Positions 18,405 through 28,300 of a stretch of 56,253 bases of DNA are shown piece by piece (position 1 is the stretch's first letter; every line of letters begins with the position of its first letter). Origin of the DNA: a virus (taxonomy: Duplodnaviria > Caudoviricetes); the IMG/VR virus record IMGVR_UViG_3300030451_004176, positions 1-56,253 of that record, one strand, 5' to 3'. The notes beneath the pieces were generated by a model, which worked only from the letters and a program-made list of their open reading frames with translations, was not told where the DNA came from and searched no databases. A program made the position numbers and the translations under genes.

Positions 18405-18638
18405 ATGATGACAAAAGAAAAAATATTTGCATCAGGTTTTTCTTTTAAGAGAAACGAAACAGCTCCTGAATTTGTAGTAGGGAGGCAGTCCATCAAGGTT
18501 GATGAGGCGGTAGCATTCTTAACATCACACGCTAAGAATGGTTGGGTAAACTTAGATATCAAACAAGCAAAAGGTGGTAACTACTACTGCGAGTTGGATA
18601 CTTACGAGCCCAAGAAAACTGAAGAAGTAAATTTCTAA
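18405..18638 (+). CDS. putative ssDNA-binding protein
   Basis: Small beta protein after the recombination pair; acidic tail ending in F. Confidence 0.55.
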   Translation: MMTKEKIFASGFSFKRNETAPEFVVGRQSIKVDEAVAFLTSHAKNGWVNLDIKQAKGGNYYCELDTYEPKKTEEVNF

Positions 18639-18685
18639 CAATATGGATTTAGCGTTGATCCAAAAGAGGACAATGCTTTATCTTA

Positions 18686-18728
18686 GGGGGGTGTAGGGTA
18701 AAGTTTTGGGTGCCGCACCCCCTTTTTT
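18686..18728 (+). terminator. intrinsic terminator
   Basis: GGGGGTGT...GCACCCCC followed by TTTTTT. Confidence 0.7.
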
Positions 18729-18867
18729 ATAAAGAAACAATTATGAAAACAATACAACACTTTTTTATAGAATTTTCAAGTAACTATTTATTATTACTAC
18801 TTATATACTTAATATTTATATTTCCATCTTTATGTTATGTTAAGTATACAAAAAGAAATAAAAAGAC

Positions 18868-18977
18868 ACTATAGTGACGTTTTTTTTAAAAAAAAATAAA
18901 AAAAATAAAAACTATATAAATGAATGTATTTTATATATTTACGCTAGATTTTATAACAAAATCGTCATTTCGGCACT
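18868..18977 (+). repeat. 110-bp element, copy B
   Basis: ACTATAGTGACGTTTTTT...AAAATCGTCATTTCGGCACT, 21 nt before the primase ATG. Confidence 0.85.
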
Positions 18978-18998
18978 AACAATTAAATTAATTTTAAA

Positions 18999-21485
18999 AT
19001 GGATAAGAGGTACATTACACTATTTAAAAACATTAAAGAAACAAGTCAACCTTTTCATAGAGGAGTAGAAGTGGCTTTACATAGAATACAAAATGGTAAG
19101 TCAAAAGATTTAATCGAAAAGATTAGATCGTTAAAACAAAAAAATAAAATAAACGAACTAAAGAAACAACTACCTGCGATTTGCTTTAGTGGAGTATTTA
19201 GTAAAAGAAACGATGCTTCCATTCAAGAACATAGTGGTTTGATATGTTTGGACTTCGATGAGTTTTCAAGTGATGAAGATTTACAAAAGTTTAAAAAAGA
19301 CATATGCAAGGATGAGTACGTGTATAGTTGCTTCATATCACCATCAGGTAGAGGATTAAAAGTGTTGGTTAAAATACCTAATGAAATAGATTCACACGTT
19401 TTTTTCTTTGAGGCATTGAACGATCACTTTAATTCAACTCATTTTGATTTAACTTGTAAGAACTTATCAAGGGTTTGTTATGAAAGTTATGATCCAGAGA
19501 TTTATATAAACGAAGAATCAAGACTATGGGTGGAGAAGTTAGAAAGAATAACTCCCGTAGAAGTAAAGACCAGTGAAGTATCTATTCCTATTACAGATGA
19601 AAGTAAGATTATTGAAATACTTACTAATTGGTGGGATAAAAAATACCCTATGCAAGAAGGGCAAAGAAACAACAACCTGTATATTTTGGCTGCAGCTTTT
19701 AACGATTTTGGTATAAGTAAATCTTTAGCTGAGTTTGTTGTGAAAAGATACGAGTCGGAAAGTTTTAGCGCAAAAGAAATTAAGCAAACTATTGACTCAG
19801 CTTATTCACAAGTGGCTAACTTTGGATCTAAATCATATGAAGATACTCAGAAGATATCTGAAATAAAATCAAAGATAATACAGGGGAGGACAAAAGATTC
19901 TATCGTTGCAGAACTAAGAGAAGAGTACGAAGAAGATAAGATTAAAGAAGTAGTAAACAAAATTAGCCTGGAAAATTCTAATGCTGACTTTTGGACAAGA
20001 TCTTCCAAAGGTGTTATTAAAATATTTCATTTAAAGTTTAAAAACTTTTTAGAAGAAGCAGGGTTTTACAAGTATAATCCACAGGGGAGTACAAGTTATG
20101 TGTTTGTAAGAGTAAAGAATAATTTGATTGATAACACCACTGAGAAAGAAATTAAAGACTTTGTTCTTAATTATTTAATGGAGGTAAATGATGTGGATGT
20201 TTATAACTATTTTGCGGAGAACACAAAATATTTTAGGGAAGAGTTTTTAACTTTACTATCTTCCGTAGATGTTCTTTTTATGCAAGACACAAAAAATATT
20301 TCTTATTTGTATTATACAAATTGTGCAGTTAAGATATCTCCTAATAAAATTGAATCCATAGATTACATAGACTTAGGTGGTTTTGTATGGAAAGACCACG
20401 TTATACCACGTAAGTTTGCTTTTTGTGATTATGATGATTGTGATTATCAAAAGTTTATATCTAATGTTTCTGCGGCTAACATTGAAAGAGTAAGGTCAAT
20501 GGAAAGCACTATTGGATATTTAATGCACGGATATAAAAATTTATCTTACTGCCCAGCTGTCATACTCTATGATGAAGTCTTGAGTAATGATCCTGAAGGA
20601 GGTACAGGTAAAGGTATATTTATGAATGCATTACAACATATGAAAAAGTTAGTGGTAATAGATGGTAAAGCTTTTCATTTTGAAAGAGCATTTCCTTATC
20701 AATTAGTTTCGGCAGATACTCAGCTACTTTGTTTTGATGACGTTAGAAAGAACTTTGACTTTGAAAGATTGTTTAGTGTGATTACAGAGGGACTTACTTT
20801 AGAGAAGAAAAATAAAGATGCAATAAAAATTCCTTTTGACAAATCTCCCAAAGTTGCTATCACTACTAACTACGCTATAAGAGGTGATGGTAATTCTTTT
20901 GAAAGAAGAAAGTGGGAATTAGAATTGGCACAACATTACAATTCAAGTTACACGCCATTAGATGAGTTTGGTAAATTGTTATTTGGCGATTGGGATAAGT
21001 CTGAGTGGTGTCAGTTTGACAACTATATGATTCATTGCTTACAGCTTTATATGAATAACGGATTAATTAAAAGTACTTTTGTTAATCTTAAAATTAAGAA
21101 GCTAGCACAAAAAACTTGTCACGAATTTATTGAGTGGCTTGGCTTAATAGACGGAAACATACCTAATGAAGATTTTGAGAATGGAGGTAAGGTTTATAAA
21201 CAAGATTTATATTTTGATTTTATATCTGACAACCCTGACTTTGCGCCAAAAGCAAAGAGAACGATTTCCAGGACTGAGTTTTATAGATGGTTGAAATCAT
21301 ATGGTGTGTATAAAACAAGTGTAAACCCATTAGAAGGAAAAGACGGCAGTAAGGGAAGGTGGATACAAATAATAAACAAACACGCAAGAGAGGAAGTAAA
21401 AGAAATACCTTTTGAAAATCCGGAAACAATTATAGAAGATGATCTATTTGTAGATGGAAATTCAATAATAGAACCACCATTTTAA
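18999..21485 (+). CDS. primase-helicase (VirE-N/BT4734-like AEP, PriCT and P-loop helicase)
   Basis: KKQLP..FSG.F..R, ICLDFD, FISPSGRGLK, EGQRNN, Walker A GGTGKG, Walker B LLCFDD, ITTNY. Confidence 0.88.
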   Translation: MDKRYITLFKNIKETSQPFHRGVEVALHRIQNGKSKDLIEKIRSLKQKNKINELKKQLPAICFSGVFSKRNDASIQEHSGLICLDFDEFSSDEDLQKFKKDICKDEYVYSCFISPSGRGLKVLVKIPNEIDSHVFFFEALNDHFNSTHFDLTCKNLSRVCYESYDPEIYINEESRLWVEKLERITPVEVKTSEVSIPITDESKIIEILTNWWDKKYPMQEGQRNNNLYILAAAFNDFGISKSLAEFVVKRYESESFSAKEIKQTIDSAYSQVANFGSKSYEDTQKISEIKSKIIQGRTKDSIVAELREEYEEDKIKEVVNKISLENSNADFWTRSSKGVIKIFHLKFKNFLEEAGFYKYNPQGSTSYVFVRVKNNLIDNTTEKEIKDFVLNYLMEVNDVDVYNYFAENTKYFREEFLTLLSSVDVLFMQDTKNISYLYYTNCAVKISPNKIESIDYIDLGGFVWKDHVIPRKFAFCDYDDCDYQKFISNVSAANIERVRSMESTIGYLMHGYKNLSYCPAVILYDEVLSNDPEGGTGKGIFMNALQHMKKLVVIDGKAFHFERAFPYQLVSADTQLLCFDDVRKNFDFERLFSVITEGLTLEKKNKDAIKIPFDKSPKVAITTNYAIRGDGNSFERRKWELELAQHYNSSYTPLDEFGKLLFGDWDKSEWCQFDNYMIHCLQLYMNNGLIKSTFVNLKIKKLAQKTCHEFIEWLGLIDGNIPNEDFENGGKVYKQDLYFDFISDNPDFAPKAKRTISRTEFYRWLKSYGVYKTSVNPLEGKDGSKGRWIQIINKHAREEVKEIPFENPETIIEDDLFVDGNSIIEPPF

Positions 21486-21766
21486 TGAAAAAAATATCAG
21501 ATCAACAACGAGTAAAGCAAGCCTTTGTAAATTCTTATAACATAATCGTTTCAGGAAAAGACCTGGAAGAATATTTAGATGAGTTAGAGGTTAGTTTAAT
21601 AAACTTAGATATAATATTTGCACACGATCCAACCACTAAGCTTACAAAGTTTGAGTTATTATTTTTGCTCACCTACTTTGAAGACGAAGAAGATTACGAA
21701 AGGTGTGCTGTATTGGATAAAATGTTAAGAGATGGAATTAAGAACGTACCAAAAACAAATAAGTAA
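21485..21766 (+). CDS. hypothetical protein with UVR-like tail
   Basis: YFEDEEDYERCAVL. Confidence 0.6.
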   Translation: MKKISDQQRVKQAFVNSYNIIVSGKDLEEYLDELEVSLINLDIIFAHDPTTKLTKFELLFLLTYFEDEEDYERCAVLDKMLRDGIKNVPKTNK

Positions 21767-22967
21767 AAAAGCAACAAGCATATTAAATCATTATAAGTTT
21801 GTTTACTTAGCAATGGAAGTAAGAACAGGCAAAACATTAACAAGCCTGGATATAGCAAATAATTTTTTAAAAATTCACAATGTATTGTTTATAACTAAAA
21901 AGAAAGCTATACCATCCATTGAAGAGGATTATGAAAAGTTAAATCCCAAGTATAGTATTCGTGTAACTAATTACGAACAGCTTCATAACATTGACAAAAG
22001 GGCGTGGGACGTGGTTATAGTTGATGAAGCACATTCATTGGGCGCTTTTCCTAAACCAAGTAAAAGAGCGAAACAAGTGAAAGATATTATAATCACATCA
22101 AACCCTTACGTAATATTTTTATCAGGCACTCCTACTCCTGAAAGTTTTTCGCAATTTTATCACCAGGTGTATGGTTGCCCGAACAACCCTTTCAGCAAAT
22201 ATAAAAACTTTTATCGCTTTGCTGATGATCACGTAACTAAAAGAGATAGAATGATAAACGGGTTTAGGGTAACTGACTATAGTAAAGGAAGAGAAACTAT
22301 AAAACATTTGATGCAACCATTTACGATATCTTACACTCAAAAAGAAGCTGGATTTACATCCGAGATAAAGGAAAGGTTTTTGAATGTAGAAATTGACGAA
22401 TACATTTATGCGATGTGTGAGGAGTTAAAGCGTGAAAGAGTAGTTCAGGTAGGAGAAGAGTTTATATTGGCTGACACACCCGTTAAATTAATGTCTAAGC
22501 TACATCAAATGTATAGTGGCACGGTTAAATTTGAAAGTGGAAATACAATGGTGTTAGATACCAGCAAGGCTGAGTACATAAAAAAAACATTTCAAGGTAA
22601 AAAGATTGGCGTGTTTTACAAGTTTAAAGCAGAGCTTGATGCACTTAAAAATATTTTTGGCGATAAGCTTGTTACTGATCTGCCTTCTTTTGATGATAAT
22701 AAAGGGAATGTTATAGCACTTCAAATAGTAAGTGGAAGGGAAGGTATATCTCTTCGTAATGCAGACTACATTGTGTATTATAACATAGACTTTAGCGCGA
22801 CTAGCTATTGGCAAAGTAGAGACAGGATGACTACTAAGACAAGGCTAAACAACAAAGTATATTGGGTGTTTTCAAAAAAGGGTATTGAGCCTAGAATATA
22901 CAAGGCGGTTTCTAACAAAAAGGATTACACGCTAAGACACTTTAAAAGAGATTTATTAAGTTTGTAA
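21732..22967 (+). CDS. SF2 (SNF2-like) helicase
   Basis: LRTYQ, RTGKT, VDEAH, LSGTP, EGISL, QSRDR. Confidence 0.9.
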   Translation: MELRTYQKQISKKATSILNHYKFVYLAMEVRTGKTLTSLDIANNFLKIHNVLFITKKKAIPSIEEDYEKLNPKYSIRVTNYEQLHNIDKRAWDVVIVDEAHSLGAFPKPSKRAKQVKDIIITSNPYVIFLSGTPTPESFSQFYHQVYGCPNNPFSKYKNFYRFADDHVTKRDRMINGFRVTDYSKGRETIKHLMQPFTISYTQKEAGFTSEIKERFLNVEIDEYIYAMCEELKRERVVQVGEEFILADTPVKLMSKLHQMYSGTVKFESGNTMVLDTSKAEYIKKTFQGKKIGVFYKFKAELDALKNIFGDKLVTDLPSFDDNKGNVIALQIVSGREGISLRNADYIVYYNIDFSATSYWQSRDRMTTKTRLNNKVYWVFSKKGIEPRIYKAVSNKKDYTLRHFKRDLLSL

Positions 22968-23078
22968 TTATGAAAGACGTAAGAGACATAGCTGATAAAA
23001 TATCTTTTAAGTTGTTAGCAACTAATAAACATCCTGATTATGAGTGGCTTGTAAGTTATTTAATAAAACAATTAATAG

Positions 23079-23477
23079 ATGAAAGAGAAGGAGATCAAAT
23101 TTATAGAGAACCTTAATAAAAGATTCAATAAGTATTTAGTACCATCTGAAGATGATTTCGATGTGTATGATGCATACAACGAAAACTCGATTCTGGAAAT
23201 AAAGATAAGAGATAAAGCATATGACACTAAATTTCTACAAGTAGACAAATGCTTTCAACTCTTAATGGTAGGTGAAGCAAATAAGAAAAGACCATTTTAT
23301 GTGGTCAGTGATCCTGAAGGTATATATGTGTACGACCTATTTGATCTGAAAGAAAATTTGCTAAAGAAACCAATCCATAAAATAAAATGTCCTTACAGAA
23401 CGGAATTTGCAAATAATATTTTTGTAGAGAAATATTTTTATGAATTAACAAAAGAAGAAGGGAGGTATTTTAAGTGA
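23079..23477 (+). CDS. putative PD-(D/E)XK nuclease
   Basis: YDAY....LEIKIR motif. Confidence 0.55.
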   Translation: MKEKEIKFIENLNKRFNKYLVPSEDDFDVYDAYNENSILEIKIRDKAYDTKFLQVDKCFQLLMVGEANKKRPFYVVSDPEGIYVYDLFDLKENLLKKPIHKIKCPYRTEFANNIFVEKYFYELTKEEGRYFK

Positions 23478-23642
23478 AAAAAAGATCATTAAACGAGTAT
23501 CGACAATCAAAAGATTACGGTTATAAAAATCCAAAACGTAAGAAACTATCAATCAAAGAGTTATGTAAGATGTATCCGAACAATGCTGATTTGGGAGCTG
23601 CAATAAGAGAAATGTTTTTATAATTTTCATAACTTTGTTTTT

Positions 23643-23891
23643 ATGAAAGAATCTGAGATTCAGAATAAAAGAATAAAAGAATTAGAGCAGAAGGGATATT
23701 ACGTAATCAAATTAAAATTAACTAACAAAAACGGGATACCAGATATATTAGCTATTCCGAAGGGATCAAATGTTTTGTTCTCTGAAATAAAAAAACCTGG
23801 TAAAAAATTATCTGGACTTCAAAAGTTTAGATTGCAAGAGCTAGAACGTTATGGATTTAGAACAGAAGTATACACAGGAGATGATCTATGA
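23643..23891 (+). CDS. VRR-NUC nuclease / Holliday junction resolvase-like
   Basis: ESEIQ...GIPDIL...FSEIKKPG..LS.LQ; TAACTTTG box at 23630-23637. Confidence 0.85.
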   Translation: MKESEIQNKRIKELEQKGYYVIKLKLTNKNGIPDILAIPKGSNVLFSEIKKPGKKLSGLQKFRLQELERYGFRTEVYTGDDL

Positions 23892-24282
23892 AGTAGAGGA
23901 CTACTTTATGAAAAAACTACAAAATGATTTTCAGCTAGATGTTTCTTTAAAAATAGCTGAATTAATTAATCAAACTGTGCACCAAATAAAACCAAACTCA
24001 AAAGTAGTAGAAGGTCACGATGATTTAAAAACAGCTTTACAAGAAGATATATATACGGTAGATTATTATGGAGGTGTTATCCACACTGAAAAAATTCCTA
24101 CCTTTTTTGAGTTGGAGGTAGAAACTTTACTTACAGAAGACCAGCCTCTTGTTGCTTTAATAGATATAAAAGAAGTGGAATGTGATAGATACTTAGATTT
24201 AATCAACAAAAAAAAATATCTAAATGAATCAATTAAATATAATAAAACAGAAGATAGAAGAGTTATACGATCTCAATCTTGA
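23881..24282 (+). CDS. hypothetical protein
   Basis: Start probably the ATG at 23881; acidic ~133 aa. Confidence 0.6.
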   Translation: MIYEVEDYFMKKLQNDFQLDVSLKIAELINQTVHQIKPNSKVVEGHDDLKTALQEDIYTVDYYGGVIHTEKIPTFFELEVETLLTEDQPLVALIDIKEVECDRYLDLINKKKYLNESIKYNKTEDRRVIRSQS

Positions 24283-24598
24283 AAAAAAAACTCGAAAAAG
24301 AGAATACGTAGAGGCAAGAAGTTTATTTTGTAAAATCTGTAGAGACACACTCAATGTTACTTTTCAACAAATAGGAAATGTTATCAATAAAAACCACGCC
24401 ACAGCAGTTTATTATAAAAAAACTATAGAAAACTTAATGACATACGATAAGGATATCGTAAATAATTACAATGAAATTTTACAAAAACTGCATTTGGAAG
24501 AAGAAAATTTTGATCATCTTGACAAAGATGAACTAAAAACCTTAATAAAAAGTTTGAAAAAAGAAAATAAATTATTAAAATTACAACTACAAAAATGA
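24224..24598 (+). CDS. DnaA domain IV-like HTH protein with coiled-coil tail
   Basis: KTRKREYVEARSLF...TFQQIG..INKNHATAVY. Confidence 0.75.
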   Translation: MNQLNIIKQKIEELYDLNLEKKTRKREYVEARSLFCKICRDTLNVTFQQIGNVINKNHATAVYYKKTIENLMTYDKDIVNNYNEILQKLHLEEENFDHLDKDELKTLIKSLKKENKLLKLQLQK

Positions 24599-24837
24599 GA
24601 GAATTGCCCTACACTTACGATGACATAGAAAAAATAATGAACTTTTCTTCTTGGTCTAATCGAGAAAAGATTGACGAGATGTTAAGAATTGATTGTAATT
24701 TATATGCTCATTTAGGAAAAGACTCCACCAAAACAGACAAAGAAAATGTAAAGAAAAAATCTCGTAATATATATAGATCTATTAAAGCCATAGATCATTC
24801 AATGGGCGAGAGTTTTTTACAGGCTATGGATAAGTAA
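24595..24837 (+). CDS. hypothetical protein
   Basis: 80 aa, ATGA overlap with the previous gene. Confidence 0.7.
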   Translation: MRELPYTYDDIEKIMNFSSWSNREKIDEMLRIDCNLYAHLGKDSTKTDKENVKKKSRNIYRSIKAIDHSMGESFLQAMDK

Positions 24838-24987
24838 AATGAATCAACACGTGACCTACGTTAACTTCGTTATGAAACAGATTAACGATTGCACTGATGC
24901 AATATATGAAGATCTTATGGATCAAGAACAGGTGGAGGTCAACAAACATTGTGATAAATTAATTAAACTTTTGCGAGACATTAAAGA

Positions 24988-25362
24988 ATGAAAGTCTGCA
25001 ACACTTGTCGCAAAAAAAAACCACTTGATCATTATTGGTCAGCAGGAATTAAAAACGGCAAGAAGTATTACAGAGCTAAATGTAAAGAGTGTTACAACAA
25101 AGTAAAAGCTCATCTTAGATATCGTAACAGAGACTGGCTCACATCTTACAAGGAGGACTTGTCGTGTTGCAAGTGTGGGTATTCTAAAAAGACTCACCCA
25201 ACCTTTAGCACCAGGGCTTTAGAGTTTCATCATAGAGAAGACAACAAAGAGTTCGAGGTAAGCAATGGTGTTCACAGCGGATTATCAATAAGCACTATCC
25301 AAGCAGAAATTGACAAATGCATTGTGGTATGCTCAAGATGTCATATGGAGATCCACTCTTAA
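24988..25362 (+). CDS. HNH endonuclease with Zn fingers
   Basis: CNTC..CKEC..CCKCG..LEFHH..KC.VVCSRCHMEIH. Confidence 0.85.
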   Translation: MKVCNTCRKKKPLDHYWSAGIKNGKKYYRAKCKECYNKVKAHLRYRNRDWLTSYKEDLSCCKCGYSKKTHPTFSTRALEFHHREDNKEFEVSNGVHSGLSISTIQAEIDKCIVVCSRCHMEIHS

Positions 25363-28300
25363 TTTTTGAATCTCATAAAATCTACTAAATCTACACCATT
25401 AAAATCTAATGTATCTACTGCATTTCTATACTCTTCTTCTGTCATTTTTAATGTGGCTAATCTTTTCTTTAAAGCTTCTCTGGCAGTCATTTTACTCTCT
25501 GGTGCCATTGGTATTCTTAATTTTTGACCTTTATAAAACTCATAAAATTTATCCAATTTTAACTTTTTTCTTCTAGCGTCAGACATTTTAGACACTTCAC
25601 TGTATAAAGAATTATAGAATTTTTTAGTAAGTTTTGTTTTTACATCTCTTGGTGCGTTTGAAATAATTTCTTGTTGTTCTTTTGCATTAAAACCTTTATC
25701 TGTTAATATTTGTAGAGCTTCTTTTTCAGGAACACCTCCAGCTTCAACCAAAGCTTTGTAATCTTTATGAAGCTCATTAACCATTTCTTTATACTTTTCA
25801 TTTTGATTAGTGAACTCTTCTTGAAAATCTCTAAATCTTAAAAATACTGAAGATCCTTTTATATCAGTTGGGAAAATATTTTTTAAATAACCATCCTCCC
25901 CTACAAATTGATCAAAGTTTTCAGCAAAATCATCTATTAAAACATCAAAGTTTTTTTCTAAATAATCATCAATATTATCATACCCTTCTTGCTGTAACCC
26001 TCTTTCTATAAAACTGCTGGCTGCATCTTCTATGTCTTTTTTTCTTCCACCATATTCAAACTTTCCAGCTTTATATCCAAATTGTTTTCTCATATCCACT
26101 TCAAATGGTTTAACGCCAGTCATTGATATAGCAATATCTTTAAACCCTTGATCTTTAGCTTTTTCTGCAAACTTTATAAAACCAGGTAGTATTTTTCTTT
26201 TTACATAATCAATTATAGCGTCCATTTTGACATCATCACTTGCTTCAGGTTCATATATATTTCCTCCATAATCACTTTGATTATTTATTACATTTGATAT
26301 TGTTCGAGCTAATATATCTCCTGATAAAAAGTTTTCTGCTCCACCCACTTTTAACATTTCAATTGTGTTTTGAACAATGTCTTTTTCAGGATCCCAAGCG
26401 TTCATCATTTTTATAGATGGTCCAAAAGGATTAGATGCTGTTGCATCTATATATTTATAAACACCATTTTCAATACTTAAAGGAATTATATCTGAATTTT
26501 CTTGCCAAGAAAATGTATATCTTTTAGATTGATCAAACTTGGCTTTTCCTTCTGGGGTGTTTCTATCCATATCTTCATCTTCTTGTGAAGATCCAACTAT
26601 AGCAGCAACTCCTGCAGTAGCAGCTGATATACCTGCTAATCTTTTTAACCCTATTGCTTTTATCATAGGATTAGGATCAGATATTTCTTGATAAGCTAAT
26701 TTTAAATTTTTTAATTGAATCCTAAAAGACTCATAGGTAAATGATAAGAAAGGAGAAGCTACAGGAACTGTCTTAAATCTTCTCACAAAATCAGAAATTT
26801 TAGAATAATTAGGATATATATCTTTTATTATGTCAGCTGCTTTTTTATTTATAATTTTCTTTTCTTCAGCATTTAATTTATTATAAGGTTTACCGTACTC
26901 CGCCAAAGAATATTGACCAGCTTCATTAAAGAATCCATATATTTTCCAAAAATTATCTCCAGCTTCATAAGTTTTTTTAGGAAATCCTTTAATTGCATTT
27001 ATCATTCTAGATGAAAAAGTATTTTTTTCGTTAGCAGAATCTAATAAAATATCTTCAGGAGATTTTTGTAATAAATCTTCAACCATTTCTAATCTAACAC
27101 TAGAATTTATTACACCTTCTTTTATTAAATAATTATATATATCTCTTCCATCTTTTTGAAATGTTTTAACAACATCTGGAAGTTTTAACAAATTAATATG
27201 ACCATTGTTAGCAGCTATCAAAGTGTTACCTGTAAAATTAATAGCTTGAGTTGTAGGAGATAGCACAGTTAATCCATACTTGTAATAACCTACCGATTTT
27301 TGCCACCCTCTAATTAAATTATCTTTTAACTTTTCAAACTCTGCCTTTTCTTTTATACCAGATAAATCAGGCTCGTTTAATTCGTAAGCCATTCCTTCAT
27401 TAGAATAATAAGTTTTTCCACCTACAATAAACACATTGTTATGACTTCCATCTGGATGTGCTTTTATAGCATCTTCTTGAGATTCAAATATCACATTTGT
27501 TTTTAACCCTAAATCAATAACATCTTTAATAGCTTTCATTGAAGCTACTTTTGCCGATTGAGATTGAATGGTTTGTGCAAATTGTTGTACGGCATCACCG
27601 TACTGCCCCATTAACATTCTTATTTTTAAAGGAACTCTCTTTTTTGATTTTTGTTTTACAGGATTCTTAATTCCTTTTTCTAGAATTTCTTTACCATTTT
27701 TAGAGGTATACGCTTCTATATCTCTTCTAGTGTTTTCTGCAGCTAACTCTGGGCTTTGCCCTTGCTCTATGTATTTATTAAATATATCCTGTGCTGCATT
27801 TGATAAAACATCATCTGTTACTTTTTTATACCAGTTTTTATCATTGAAAACCTGGTAACTTCTTTTTAAATAAGATCCTAAGTTTTCTTCCATTATATTG
27901 ATGGTTTCTTCATCAATCATACCTAGTGTTCTATTTAATTCAATAATATCTTTTGTGTTTTTATCAATTATAGATCTCAATTCCACACTAGCTTGAAACA
28001 CATCATCAGGCATAGATTCTGGAGTTAGTTGATCAAGTATTTTTAATTTTTCAAAAGCATCAATGGTTTCTAATCTGTCTTCTAGATTAGCTATTTTAGA
28101 ATCAATACCATCTTTTTGTTTTTGAGCTTGTTTAGATTTAGGATCTATTTCTGTTTTAGCTTTTTCTAAATCACTTATTTGATTTTCGATACTATTTTTT
28201 TCATTTTCTAAATCATTTATTACTTCTTCTTTAGTCTTAGAGCCTTCAAAAAATTCTTTTGGTACTAAGCCATTTAAGTATGCTTGAGAAGCAATTTTTG

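Noticed and set aside
18874-19068. 64-aa ORF before the primase
   Set aside because: It translates the poly-A/T core of the 110-bp element and overlaps the primase.
24077-24085. Perfect DnaA box TTATCCACA
   Set aside because: A single copy inside a CDS with no cluster, compatible with chance.
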